DNA of 64,000 nt from positions 1,760,001 to 1,824,000 of the forward strand of contig CBDFGR010000002.1 in NCBI GenBank assembly GCA_965247115.1. The letters are read 5' to 3'. Under the pieces are notes generated by a model. It was not told the origin of the DNA, searched no databases, and saw only the letters and a list, made by a program, of their open reading frames with translations. A program made the translations under genes and the position numbers. Positions within the stretch are counted from its first letter, which is position 1. Every line of letters begins with the position of its first letter. This document shows positions 55,300-64,000 of the stretch, piece by piece. The DNA is from Myxococcota bacterium (GTDB lineage: Bacteria > Myxococcota_A > UBA9160 > SZUA-336).

Positions 55300-56217
55300 T
55301 CAGTCGATGACGCGGAGCCAGCTCAAGAGATCCTTGACTACCTCTGCGCGGTTCGTCTCGTTCAGCATCTCGTGATGTCCGTCTGGGTAGATGTGCTGTT
55401 GGACTCTGGCGAGCCCTGCCTTCTGGTACTGTTTCTGCAGCTTCTCGAGGCCCTTCTGCTGACGATGCACGGGATCTCTCGCTCCGGAGAGGATGTAGAT
55501 CGGGAGCTCCTTCGGAATGCGTGCGATGTTCTCCTTGCGGCCCATCAGTCGCACGCCGCGGAACATGTCGATCAGGCTCTGCACCCGCAGCACGAAGCCA
55601 CACAGGGGATCAGCGACGTACTTGTCGACCTCCTCGTGATCACGCGACAGCCAATCGAAGTCAGTCCGAGCGGGATGAAAGTCGCGGTTGAGGTTCCCGA
55701 AGAGCAGACGTCCCAGAAGCGCGCTATCCGCCCCCTGTCCCAGGCGCCAGCGTTCGAGACGCGCAGCGCCGCCCGAGAGTCGCAACATGAAGCCGCCTCC
55801 AGCAGTCGACCCCGACAGCACGGCGGCGGAGAGCGACGCGCCGTGCTCGCAGAGGTACTGCTGGGCCAGAAGCGAGCCCATGCTGTGTCCCAGCAGGATC
55901 CGCGGCGCCCCTGGATGTTCGGCCGCGATCAGATCGGTGAGCTCTCGAAGGTCCTGGACGGAGCGATTCCAGCCGTCTTCTCCCATGTCTCCGAGCAAGT
56001 CGGACGGCGCCGTGCGACCGTGACCCCTCAGGTCAGGCGCGTAGACGGCGTAGCCTGCAACGCACAGGGCCTCTGCGACCTCCTCGTAGCGCAGCGCGTG
56101 TTCACCCATCCCGTGGGCGATCTCGACCACCCCGCGAACGGGACGCTCAGGGCGCCACTCATACAGGTGAAGCCACGCGCCGTCGCTGGCGGCAAAGCTC
56201 CGCGTCGCGCTCTGCAC
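55300..56217 (-). CDS. Lysophospholipase/monoglyceride lipase-like hydrolase
   Basis: HGMGEH..RY, DLRGHG, GHSMG, DWLSRD, DPLCGF, HE.LNE. Confidence 0.92.
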   Translation of the reverse strand: MQSATRSFAASDGAWLHLYEWRPERPVRGVVEIAHGMGEHALRYEEVAEALCVAGYAVYAPDLRGHGRTAPSDLLGDMGEDGWNRSVQDLRELTDLIAAEHPGAPRILLGHSMGSLLAQQYLCEHGASLSAAVLSGSTAGGGFMLRLSGGAARLERWRLGQGADSALLGRLLFGNLNRDFHPARTDFDWLSRDHEEVDKYVADPLCGFVLRVQSLIDMFRGVRLMGRKENIARIPKELPIYILSGARDPVHRQQKGLEKLQKQYQKAGLARVQQHIYPDGHHEMLNETNRAEVVKDLLSWLRVID

Positions 56218-56223
56218 CTCCGG

Positions 56224-56470
56224 CTACTTACCCTTGAAGACCGGCGCTCGCTTCTCGAAGAACGCCTGCCTCCTTGGCGTCTTCAGTGGAGAAGCACTTG
56301 CGATATCGAGCAGCTCGTAGCGCATCTGTCCTTCCAGGTCGGTCCCCCGCACGGCGCGGTGCATCCCCTTCCCTGCGTCCTCCGGTATCTCGAATGTCCT
56401 CGCAGTATACTCGCGACGAAACACGCTGCTGATCGCCACCGGGCAGCCGGTGGGAGGCGCTTTGGCTGAT
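56224..56470 (-). pseudogene. Enoyl-CoA hydratase C-terminal remnant
   Basis: QMRYEL / F.TEDAKE / AFFEKRAPVFKGK* split over two frames. Confidence 0.7.
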
Positions 56471-56499
56471 GGCCGAGGAGCTGCTCTGAGCGCAACGCG

Positions 56500-57702
56500 G
56501 TGCCAAGAGACGACCTGTCGCTGAGCGGGGCTCGGCGGATCGCACTGGCTGCCCAGGGCTTCGATCGCGCGCGACCCGCGCGTGTCGACGCGCGTCACCT
56601 GCGGCGTGCGGTCCAGCAGCTGGGGCTGCTACAGATCGACTACGTGAACGTCCTGGGGCCGGCCCAGTATCAGGTGCTCTTCTCGCGACTCGGTCCCTAC
56701 GAGAAGTCGCGCGCGGACGACCTCTTGTATCGCTCGGGCGAGTTCACCGAGATGTGGGCGCACGAGGCGTCGATCCTGCCAGTCGAGAGCTGGCCGCTCT
56801 TCGGCCACCGGAGAGAGGGTTGCAGGGTGCGCCCCCGGGGGTTCGAGAAGTTCCTGGAGCAGAACAAGCGCTACGTCGAGTGGGTCCTAAACGAGGTCAG
56901 GGAACGTGGCCCGCTCACGGCAGCCGACCTGAAGGAGCCCGAGGGCATGCAACGCCGGCGTGGGACGTGGTGGAGTCGCTCGATTCCCCAGCTCGTGCTC
57001 GAGGGGCACTTCGGCACGGGGCGAGTCGCAATCACGCAGCGGCTGCCGAACTTCTCCAGGGAGTACGACCTGACAGAGCGCGTCGTGCCTCGGGAGCACA
57101 TTCACCGGAAGGTCGGACTCGAGGAGTCCCAGCGCGAGCTGCTCCGTCTGGCCGCACGCGCGCATGGTGTGGGAACGGCACGGGATCTGGCCGACTACTA
57201 CCGCATGTCCATTCGCGAGGCGCGGCTGCGAATCGGCGAGCTCGTGGAAAGCGGGGAGCTTCGGGTGGTACGTGTGGAGGGTTGGCGAGATCCAGCCTAT
57301 CTCCAGCCGCAGGCCAAGCGGCCGCGTCGGATCGACGCGTCGGCGTTGCTGTCGCCCTTCGATCCTGTGATCTGGTTCCGGGAGCGGGCGGAGCGGCTGT
57401 TCGGCTTCGAGTACAGGATCGAGATCTACGTGCCGGGCCCGCAGCGGCGCTGGGGCTATTACGTGCTGCCCTTCCTGCTCGGGGATCGCCTGGTGGCGCG
57501 CGTCGATCTCAAAGCGGATCGCAAGCGGGGCCGGCTGCTCGTGCAGGCAGCACATATCGAACCGAGCGCCGATCCCGACGAGGTGGCTCCTGCCCTGACC
57601 ACGGAGCTTCGAACGCTCGCGTCCTGGCACGGCCTCGACGCCGTCTCTGTCGGTCGCCGGGGTGGCTTCGCGCGCCCGCTCGCTGCGGCCGTGCGCGCGT
57701 GA
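56500..57702 (+). CDS. YcaQ/AlkZ-family winged-helix DNA glycosylase
   Basis: ARRIALAAQGF, LLQID.VNV (QxD), WAHEAS, LLSPFDP, YRIEIY.P, GYYVLPFL. Confidence 0.9.
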   Translation: MPRDDLSLSGARRIALAAQGFDRARPARVDARHLRRAVQQLGLLQIDYVNVLGPAQYQVLFSRLGPYEKSRADDLLYRSGEFTEMWAHEASILPVESWPLFGHRREGCRVRPRGFEKFLEQNKRYVEWVLNEVRERGPLTAADLKEPEGMQRRRGTWWSRSIPQLVLEGHFGTGRVAITQRLPNFSREYDLTERVVPREHIHRKVGLEESQRELLRLAARAHGVGTARDLADYYRMSIREARLRIGELVESGELRVVRVEGWRDPAYLQPQAKRPRRIDASALLSPFDPVIWFRERAERLFGFEYRIEIYVPGPQRRWGYYVLPFLLGDRLVARVDLKADRKRGRLLVQAAHIEPSADPDEVAPALTTELRTLASWHGLDAVSVGRRGGFARPLAAAVRA

Positions 57703-57717
57703 GCGAACGCGACCCTG

Positions 57718-60003
57718 TCACTCCACCGGCACGAGCCGGAGCTCGGCTTCGGCGTTTGCCTCGATGTCCGGCCAGCTCACAAACAGAGGGTGGTACTCGA
57801 CCTCGCGCCAGCGCTCAATATTGTCCGCGTAGTGTGGTGAGCCCGGCTGGCCGGAGTTTCCCGGCGGGATGCAGATGCGCGCGGCGTTCAGGTCGGAGAG
57901 GTCGAAGATCTGCCGGTATGACACCCCCGCGGCGGCATGCGCTCCGTAGGCAGCAGCGGTATTGAACACGGTGTTTCCGTCGCCGCCTACCTCGGTGGCA
58001 GGTAGGTCAAAGATCTCGCGCAGCTTCGGGTCGCGGCCGAGGTTGTGGCTCCAGGCCATGCGGTGATCCGTGCCCCAACGCCAGCGCGAGGGATCGCCGC
58101 CCTGGCGCTTGCGCAGCTCCGTGGCTGCCTGCGTGAGCGCCACCTCTGTGGCTGCTTCCCAGGAGTCGAACGTCCCGAGCATGAGTGCGCTTCGCTTTGT
58201 CAGCTGTTCGAAGAGAACGCGTCGGTCCTCCAGAGGAGCGAGAGCTGGAACCTCCACCACCGCGTCGTAGTAGCGCTGCACGGTAATCCGAAGCAGGCGC
58301 TCGCAGGTCTCCGCGTAGATCGCCGCCTCTGCGCTGTCCACATGCAAGTGGCCATCCCAGCTCTGGAGAAGCTTCTGCATCGCCAGGGCGTCAGCGTCTT
58401 TAGCGGCGAACGACGTCAGCCACCGGGCAATGCCCCGTGCGTGGCGGCTGGTTTGGTCGCCCTGCAGGCGTGGCATCTCGTCAAGGCGGAAGATCTTGGT
58501 CGCGTCCATCAGCTCGCGCAAGCGGTCCGCCCGAAACGTGCTCGCGGAGTACGACAGGTAGTGCGGGTAGTCCGGCGTCGTCGTCTTGTTGTTCGCGGTG
58601 ACGATGAAGCCGTTTGTGGGGTTCTCGTCGCAAGGTAGCTCCGACTTTGGCACGTTCCCGTCCCACTCGTGCTCGCCGTCCCAGCCGGGGACCGGGAGCA
58701 GCCAGGCAGGGCGCCTCGGAATCCGGCCGACGTACTGGTAGGCGATGTTCCCCCCGCTGTCTGCGAAGCAGAAGTTCCCGCTGATGGAGTCGTACGTCCG
58801 CAGGGCTTCCCTCGCGTCGGCCACGCACGTCGAGCGGTGCAACGCGTTCATCGCGTCGATGTCATGCGTGGGGGCTGCGAGCCCCCAGCGTGCGGCCAGC
58901 ACCTCGTCGTCTCGGGTGGGGTCGCCGGAGATCACGGGGCCGTGCGGCGTCTCCCACACGACGCGGGTCACGGGCTGCTCGTCGCGTACGTGGAACTGCT
59001 CATCGTGGCGGACGAGCGGCGTCCAGCCGGACGGGGTGAGCGCCTCCGGACCGCTGCCACCCTGGCGAATGCGCTCCCGGTAGAGGTCCCAGCGATCGCC
59101 TTGTGCGTGCGTCATGGTCCAGGCGATGGTTGTGTTGTGCCCGTAGAAGTGCGGGCCGGGGTAGCAGGGGTTACACGGTCCGGCGACGCGGAACTCGGGG
59201 CACTCCATGTGCACGACGTACCACTGGCCGGGGATGCCGACCGCGAGATGCGGGTCGCCGCAGACGATCGGTGCTTCCGTGTCGGTGCGGGAGCCGTGGA
59301 TGACCCAGCAGTTTGATCCTCCCCCAGCCGGGATCGGCCCGTCCGGCTGCCCCATGGCCGACTCGATGTCGACGTAGAAGGGGTGGGCCTCCTGCTCCCA
59401 GCGCGCGCCGGAGGGCGCGATCAGCGCGGAATCGAGTGGCACATCGGGCACCAGTGCGGAGATGCCTTCCGCACCGAGGACAGTGGCCATCTTGGAGAAG
59501 CGGAGCTTGGTCGCCCATTGAGCGCCGTTGTTCACCATCTTGACTACAGCGAGCGAATCCACGGGCGACCACGGCAGCATCTCGTGGTCGAGGACGTGAA
59601 ACTCGTAGGGCTTCGGGTTGCTTGCGATTGCCTGGTTGATGCCGTCTGCGTAGGCTTGCAGCACCTCGCGCGCAGCCTCGCTCTGCGCCTGCCACTCGCG
59701 CGCCGCGAAGCGGCCGAAGCCGAGGCGCCGGTTCTCGTGGTCGCGCGCCAGCAAGCCCCGGTTGAGCAGAGCAGCCGAAGTCCCGTGAGCCATGCGGCGA
59801 TAGAGCTCGATCTGGAACGCGCGGTCCTGTGCCATGCAATAGCCCTGGGCAAAGAACGCGTCGCGTGCCGAGCCTGCCTGTATGTGCGGGATCCCCCAGC
59901 GGTCCCGCACGATCCGGACGCGTCCGTCGAGACCGGCAAGGCTGAGCTCGCCCGCGTGCCGCGCAAGGCAGTCTTCCGGCCGGATCTCGTCTAGAACCGT
60001 CAC
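57718..60003 (-). CDS. Penicillin acylase family Ntn-hydrolase
   Basis: RD.WGIPHI, AQDR..Q, beta-chain Ser GSNCW, DPHL, TANN, GNSG.P.SPHY. Confidence 0.92.
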   Translation of the reverse strand: MTVLDEIRPEDCLARHAGELSLAGLDGRVRIVRDRWGIPHIQAGSARDAFFAQGYCMAQDRAFQIELYRRMAHGTSAALLNRGLLARDHENRRLGFGRFAAREWQAQSEAAREVLQAYADGINQAIASNPKPYEFHVLDHEMLPWSPVDSLAVVKMVNNGAQWATKLRFSKMATVLGAEGISALVPDVPLDSALIAPSGARWEQEAHPFYVDIESAMGQPDGPIPAGGGSNCWVIHGSRTDTEAPIVCGDPHLAVGIPGQWYVVHMECPEFRVAGPCNPCYPGPHFYGHNTTIAWTMTHAQGDRWDLYRERIRQGGSGPEALTPSGWTPLVRHDEQFHVRDEQPVTRVVWETPHGPVISGDPTRDDEVLAARWGLAAPTHDIDAMNALHRSTCVADAREALRTYDSISGNFCFADSGGNIAYQYVGRIPRRPAWLLPVPGWDGEHEWDGNVPKSELPCDENPTNGFIVTANNKTTTPDYPHYLSYSASTFRADRLRELMDATKIFRLDEMPRLQGDQTSRHARGIARWLTSFAAKDADALAMQKLLQSWDGHLHVDSAEAAIYAETCERLLRITVQRYYDAVVEVPALAPLEDRRVLFEQLTKRSALMLGTFDSWEAATEVALTQAATELRKRQGGDPSRWRWGTDHRMAWSHNLGRDPKLREIFDLPATEVGGDGNTVFNTAAAYGAHAAAGVSYRQIFDLSDLNAARICIPPGNSGQPGSPHYADNIERWREVEYHPLFVSWPDIEANAEAELRLVPVE

Positions 60004-60153
60004 GGCCCGGTTATATCACCGTAGCGATGGAGCGCGTGAGATAATGTCGGGCGAAGACAAACCCACTTCTGTTCCGAGGCGCGTGGGAGACGGCGCCCTT
60101 CGAGAGCTTGCTGCGCAACGGGATCGAATGGGGTTGCCGTCTGGGAGATTGAC

Positions 60154-61275
60154 GTGGGCGTCGTGGTCATCGTCGGAACTGCGAAGGGGGCCGCGCTGCT
60201 CCGCTCGGACGACAAGCGCGAGAGCTGGGAGATCGATGCCCTGGAGTTCAAGGGCTGGATCGTAACCGCGGCTACTCGCGATAGCGGCGGCCGCTACTAC
60301 GTCGGGGTCACGAGTGACGTCTACGGGACCGCGATCCTCGCGAGCGACGACGGCTCGTCCTGGCAACAGCTCGAGAGCGCACCGCGCTACGAGCCGACCG
60401 ATGCCGGGAACGAGGGGCACAACCGCATCATCGGGGCCATGGATCCAATGGGCCACTTCATGGGCTCGAACCGCCACGTGGACCAGATCTGGCGCCTGCA
60501 CGCGGTGGGCGGCGTGGTCTATGCGGCCGTCTCCGAGGCGGGGCTCTTCCGCTCCGACGATCGCGGCAAGGGATGGGAACCCGTTCGCGGCCTCAACGAG
60601 CACCCCACGCGTCCGAGCTGGGGCGCAGGCTTTGGCGGGCTCTGCGCTCATTCGATCCTCGTCGACGAGCGGAATCCGGAACGACTCTGGGTCGGGATCT
60701 CCGCGGCGGGGGTCTTCCGTTCCGACGACGGGGGTGAGACCTGGGCGGAGAAGAACGACGGCGTCGTGGAGAGCGAGGGCTTCTGCGTGCACTCTCTCGC
60801 TCACGATCCGCGGGCGGCGGATCTGATCTACCGCCAGGACCACCGCGGCATGTATCGGAGCCGGGACGCCGGGGACTCGTGGCAGCGGATCGAGAACGGG
60901 CTGCCGATCGGAGAGCTCTCGGACGGGTTGAACTGTGTATTTGGCTTCGCCGTCGAGCTGGATCCCACGAGCAACTCGGTCTACGCCCTCCCTCTAGAAG
61001 GCGACAACTTCCGCTTCCCGCCAGAAGGAAAGCTCGCGGTGTACCGGAGCCAGGATGGCGGCGATACGTGGAAGGCGCGCTCGTCCGGCCTCCCTGACGG
61101 ATGTTTCGCGAGTGTTCTTCGCGGCGCGATGGCAGTCGATCCGTTCGACCCCTGCGGCGTCTACTTCGGAACGACCGCCGGAACGGTCTTCACGAGTCGC
61201 GACCGGGGAGACTCCTGGTCCCAGATCCCGCGTACCCTCCCCAAGGTCCTCTGCGTGGAGGCGTTCGCAGTCTGA
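60154..61275 (+). CDS. BNR/Asp-box beta-propeller protein
   Basis: Repeated S.D.G..W boxes; GT.KG, VYFGT..G. Confidence 0.88.
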   Translation: MGVVVIVGTAKGAALLRSDDKRESWEIDALEFKGWIVTAATRDSGGRYYVGVTSDVYGTAILASDDGSSWQQLESAPRYEPTDAGNEGHNRIIGAMDPMGHFMGSNRHVDQIWRLHAVGGVVYAAVSEAGLFRSDDRGKGWEPVRGLNEHPTRPSWGAGFGGLCAHSILVDERNPERLWVGISAAGVFRSDDGGETWAEKNDGVVESEGFCVHSLAHDPRAADLIYRQDHRGMYRSRDAGDSWQRIENGLPIGELSDGLNCVFGFAVELDPTSNSVYALPLEGDNFRFPPEGKLAVYRSQDGGDTWKARSSGLPDGCFASVLRGAMAVDPFDPCGVYFGTTAGTVFTSRDRGDSWSQIPRTLPKVLCVEAFAV

Positions 61276-61292
61276 CGCTGCGTGGCCGCCGA

Positions 61293-61676
61293 ATGAGTCA
61301 GCTCGACGACGCGCGTTATATCAGCCTCGCTACGTTTCGCAAGAGTGGCGTCCGGGTCGACACTCCGATCTGGGCTGCGACACGCGCGGGTAAGCTCTAC
61401 GCGTTCACCGAGGCCGACTCCGGAAAGGTCAAGCGGCTCCGGAACTCCAGCCGGGCCCAGGTTGCGTGCTGCGGCGCGCGGGGGACGCTGCTGGGCGACT
61501 GGGCGGACGCAAGGGCGCAGGTCGTCGAGGACACAGCGACGATCGGGACGGCATACCGGGCGCTCCATGAGAAGTACGGCTGGCAGATGAAGCTCACCGA
61601 CCTGGTTTCCAAGCTGACGGGTCGCTATGCGAAGCGCGCGATCCTCGAGATCGAGGTCCTGGAAGAGGGCTCCTGA
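61293..61676 (+). CDS. PPOX-class F420-dependent oxidoreductase
   Basis: YISL.TFRKSG..V.TP.W, SGKVKRLR, KYG. Confidence 0.9.
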   Translation: MSQLDDARYISLATFRKSGVRVDTPIWAATRAGKLYAFTEADSGKVKRLRNSSRAQVACCGARGTLLGDWADARAQVVEDTATIGTAYRALHEKYGWQMKLTDLVSKLTGRYAKRAILEIEVLEEGS

Positions 61677-61740
61677 AGAGGATTGGCCGGTACCAGCGGT
61701 TTGCGGCAGAATGCAGCTGGCACACCCTGAGGAGACGCGG

Positions 61741-63084
61741 ATGACCCTCCAGTCGATGCCCGGATCCAAGCCCTTCCACCTGGAGGGCAATTTCGCGCCG
61801 GTCTTTCCCGAGCTGACCGAGTTCGATCTCGAGGTCACGGGAGCGATTCCGCCAGAGCTGCGCGGCCGCTTCTTTCGCAACGGGTCGAACCCGCAGAGCG
61901 GCTCGTCGCCGCACTGGTTCCTCGGCAACGGCATGATCCACGGCGTGGAGCTCCGCAATGGTCGCGCTACCTGGTACCGGAATCGCTACGTGCGGACCCC
62001 ACTCTTCGAGAACCCCGATGCGCAGGGCATGGCAGCGGACGGCACGCCGGATCGCAGCGCATCGCTCGCAAACACTCACGTGATCTGCCATGCGGGCAAG
62101 ATCATGGCGCTCGAGGAAGGCCACTTCCCCTGGATCGTGTCCCGCGAGCTCGAGACGGTGGGTGTCCACGACTTTGACGGGAAGCTGACGACGGCAATGA
62201 CGGCTCACCCGAGGATCTGCCCCGAGACCGGGGAGCTCCTGTTCTTCGCGTACGGCGCCACCCCGCCGTATCTCACCTATCACCGCGTCGCGGCCGACGG
62301 AACGCTCGTGCAGAGCGAGGAGATCGAGGTCAAGGGTCCGACGATGATGCACGACTGGAACGTGACCCGGAACCACGTGGTCTTCATGGATCTGCCGATG
62401 GTCTTCGACCTGGCGCTCGTCGAGCGAGGGGGCCTGCCCATCCACTGGAGCGACGACTACGGCGCACGCCTCGGTGTCATGCCGCGCGACGGCACGAACG
62501 CGGACGTCGTGTGGTACGAGATCGATCCCTGCTACGTGTTCCATCCCATGAACTCCTATGAGGATGGAGAGCGGATCGTGCTCGATGTAGCGCGCTACCC
62601 CAAGCTCGCATTCGGCCCGGACGACGAGGAGGGCGAGCCCGCCGTCTTGCATCGCTGGATCATCGATTCCGCAGCGGGCAAGGTCATCGATCAGCCGCTC
62701 GACGAACGGCCTGCCGAGTTCCCGCGCGTGGCAGACGCCGCCGTGGGTCTGAAGCACCGCTTCGGCTACATGATGGCGACGGGTGGAGACATGCACTCGT
62801 TCGGCCGCGAGCTGCTCAAGTACGACCTCGAATCCGGGAAGTCGGAGACCTGCCACTTTGGCGCGGGGTTTGCTGCCGGAGAGCCGGTGTTCGTCGCCTC
62901 TCCAGGCGCGGCCGCCGAGGACGCGGGCTGGGTGATCACCTACGTCCACGACGCATCACGAGGCAAGAGCGACCTGGTGATCATCGACGCGACGGACTTC
63001 GCGAAAGGACCGATCGCTCGAGTGCACCTGCCGAGCCGCGTACCTGCCGGCTTCCACGGCAGCTGGATCCCCGACGAGCCGTAA
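61741..63084 (+). CDS. Carotenoid oxygenase (RPE65/CCD/LSD) family
   Basis: GNFAPV, G.F.RNG.NP, four His (TAHP, MMHD, VFHP, GFHG), EFP, GEPVF. Confidence 0.93.
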   Translation: MTLQSMPGSKPFHLEGNFAPVFPELTEFDLEVTGAIPPELRGRFFRNGSNPQSGSSPHWFLGNGMIHGVELRNGRATWYRNRYVRTPLFENPDAQGMAADGTPDRSASLANTHVICHAGKIMALEEGHFPWIVSRELETVGVHDFDGKLTTAMTAHPRICPETGELLFFAYGATPPYLTYHRVAADGTLVQSEEIEVKGPTMMHDWNVTRNHVVFMDLPMVFDLALVERGGLPIHWSDDYGARLGVMPRDGTNADVVWYEIDPCYVFHPMNSYEDGERIVLDVARYPKLAFGPDDEEGEPAVLHRWIIDSAAGKVIDQPLDERPAEFPRVADAAVGLKHRFGYMMATGGDMHSFGRELLKYDLESGKSETCHFGAGFAAGEPVFVASPGAAAEDAGWVITYVHDASRGKSDLVIIDATDFAKGPIARVHLPSRVPAGFHGSWIPDEP

Positions 63085-63159
63085 CGTCGAGGAGCCGAAG
63101 CTCCGCACTTGCATCGACAGGCCCAGAGCTGCTGAAATCTGTTCACAAGGAGGAAACGG

Positions 63160-64000
63160 ATGAAGCTGGGACTTAGTATCGGGTACTCCGGAGCGGAGCT
63201 GAGTGTTCCCGTGGAGAAGGTCCAGCTGGCGGAGCGACTCGGCTACGACTCGGTCTGGTCCGCAGAGGCCTACGGTTCCGATGCGATCTCACCGCTCGCG
63301 TATCTGGCCGGAAAGACCGAGCGCATCCGCCTCGGCACCGGGATCATGCAGCTCGCAGGTCGGGCGCCGGCCATGGCTGCTATGCAGGCGGCGAGTGTCG
63401 ACGCGCTCGCGGGCGGGAACCGCTTCATCGCAGGGCTCGGCGTCTCGGGTCCCCAGATCGTGGAGGGCTGGTATGGCGAGCCCTGGGGGCGGCCGTACTA
63501 CCGGATCAAGGATTACGTCACAATCATGCGTAAGGTGTTCCAGCGCGAGCGGCCCGTCACGCATCAGGGCAAGGAGATCTCGCTTCCCTACACGGGAGAC
63601 GGGGCAATGGGCATCGGCAAGCCCCTCATGTCCATTCTCCACATGAATCCGAACATCCCGATCTGGCTGGGGAGCGGGACGGAGACGAACGTGCGGCTCG
63701 CAGGTGAGGTGGCCGACGGGCTGCTTCCGCTCGGCTTCGGACCCGACAGCATGGAGCTCTTCAGACCGTGGCTGGAAGAGGGCTTCAAGCGTGCCGGCGG
63801 CGGCAAGTCGATGGCGGACTTCGAGATTCAGCCAGGAGCCGCAGTCATCATCACGAATGACGTGCGCGGGGCACTCCAACGGATGAAGCCAAATACCGCG
63901 CTCTACGTGGGCGGCATGGGCCACCGCGACAAGAACTTCCACAACGACATGATGGTGCGCCGCGGCTATCCCGAGGCGGCGGCGAGGATTCAGGAGCTCT
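63160..64000 (+). CDS. LLM-class F420-dependent oxidoreductase, 3' partial (not in ORF track)
   Basis: MKLGLSIGYSG, AERLGYDSVWSAEAYGSDA, GLGVSGPQIVEGW.G; RBS aaggagg. Confidence 0.9.
   Translation, partial: MKLGLSIGYSGAELSVPVEKVQLAERLGYDSVWSAEAYGSDAISPLAYLAGKTERIRLGTGIMQLAGRAPAMAAMQAASVDALAGGNRFIAGLGVSGPQIVEGWYGEPWGRPYYRIKDYVTIMRKVFQRERPVTHQGKEISLPYTGDGAMGIGKPLMSILHMNPNIPIWLGSGTETNVRLAGEVADGLLPLGFGPDSMELFRPWLEEGFKRAGGGKSMADFEIQPGAAVIITNDVRGALQRMKPNTALYVGGMGHRDKNFHNDMMVRRGYPEAAARIQEL

Noticed and set aside
10068..57702. A DNA-repair island (ada-alkA, ogt, nfi, YcaQ-like)
   Set aside because: Genes are 10-35 kb apart among unrelated metabolic genes; no evidence of a unit
1..64000. tRNA, rRNA, CRISPR, prophage, reverse transcriptase systems
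   Set aside because: No matching motifs or repeat-spacer periodicity seen by eye

Overview
GC-rich bacterial chromosomal segment (roughly two-thirds GC by eye). A TonB-dependent receptor, several LLM/F420-type oxidoreductases, a P450 and CoA-transferases suggest a diderm heterotroph, possibly Myxococcota/Deltaproteobacteria-like (inference). Main content: a MacAB-like export operon (partial); an HUH/RAYT-type transposase beside an IS481 end; a hydrolase-fold/LLM/flavin halogenase operon; alkylation and deamination repair genes (ada-alkA, ogt, nfi, YcaQ-like); an eight-gene P450 catabolic operon; a storage-lipid locus (patatin, WS/DGAT, phaE-like/phaC flanked by two paralogous GNATs, HAD, GYD-acyltransferase); a ZIP transporter with an inserted cNMP-binding domain; and thiolase/DUF35, CoA-transferase, acylase and carotenoid oxygenase genes. 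The best candidate for an undescribed system is a ~2.9 kb IS1-family cargo element (37222-40139). It carries an XRE-HTH/ImmA-like HEXXH protein coupled to an unknown 162-aa protein with no HigB toxin, and it has a doubled terminal repeat and mismatched flanks. About a dozen short gene scraps sit between intact genes. No rRNA, tRNA or CRISPR array was seen. All family calls come from motif recognition by eye; no database search was run.
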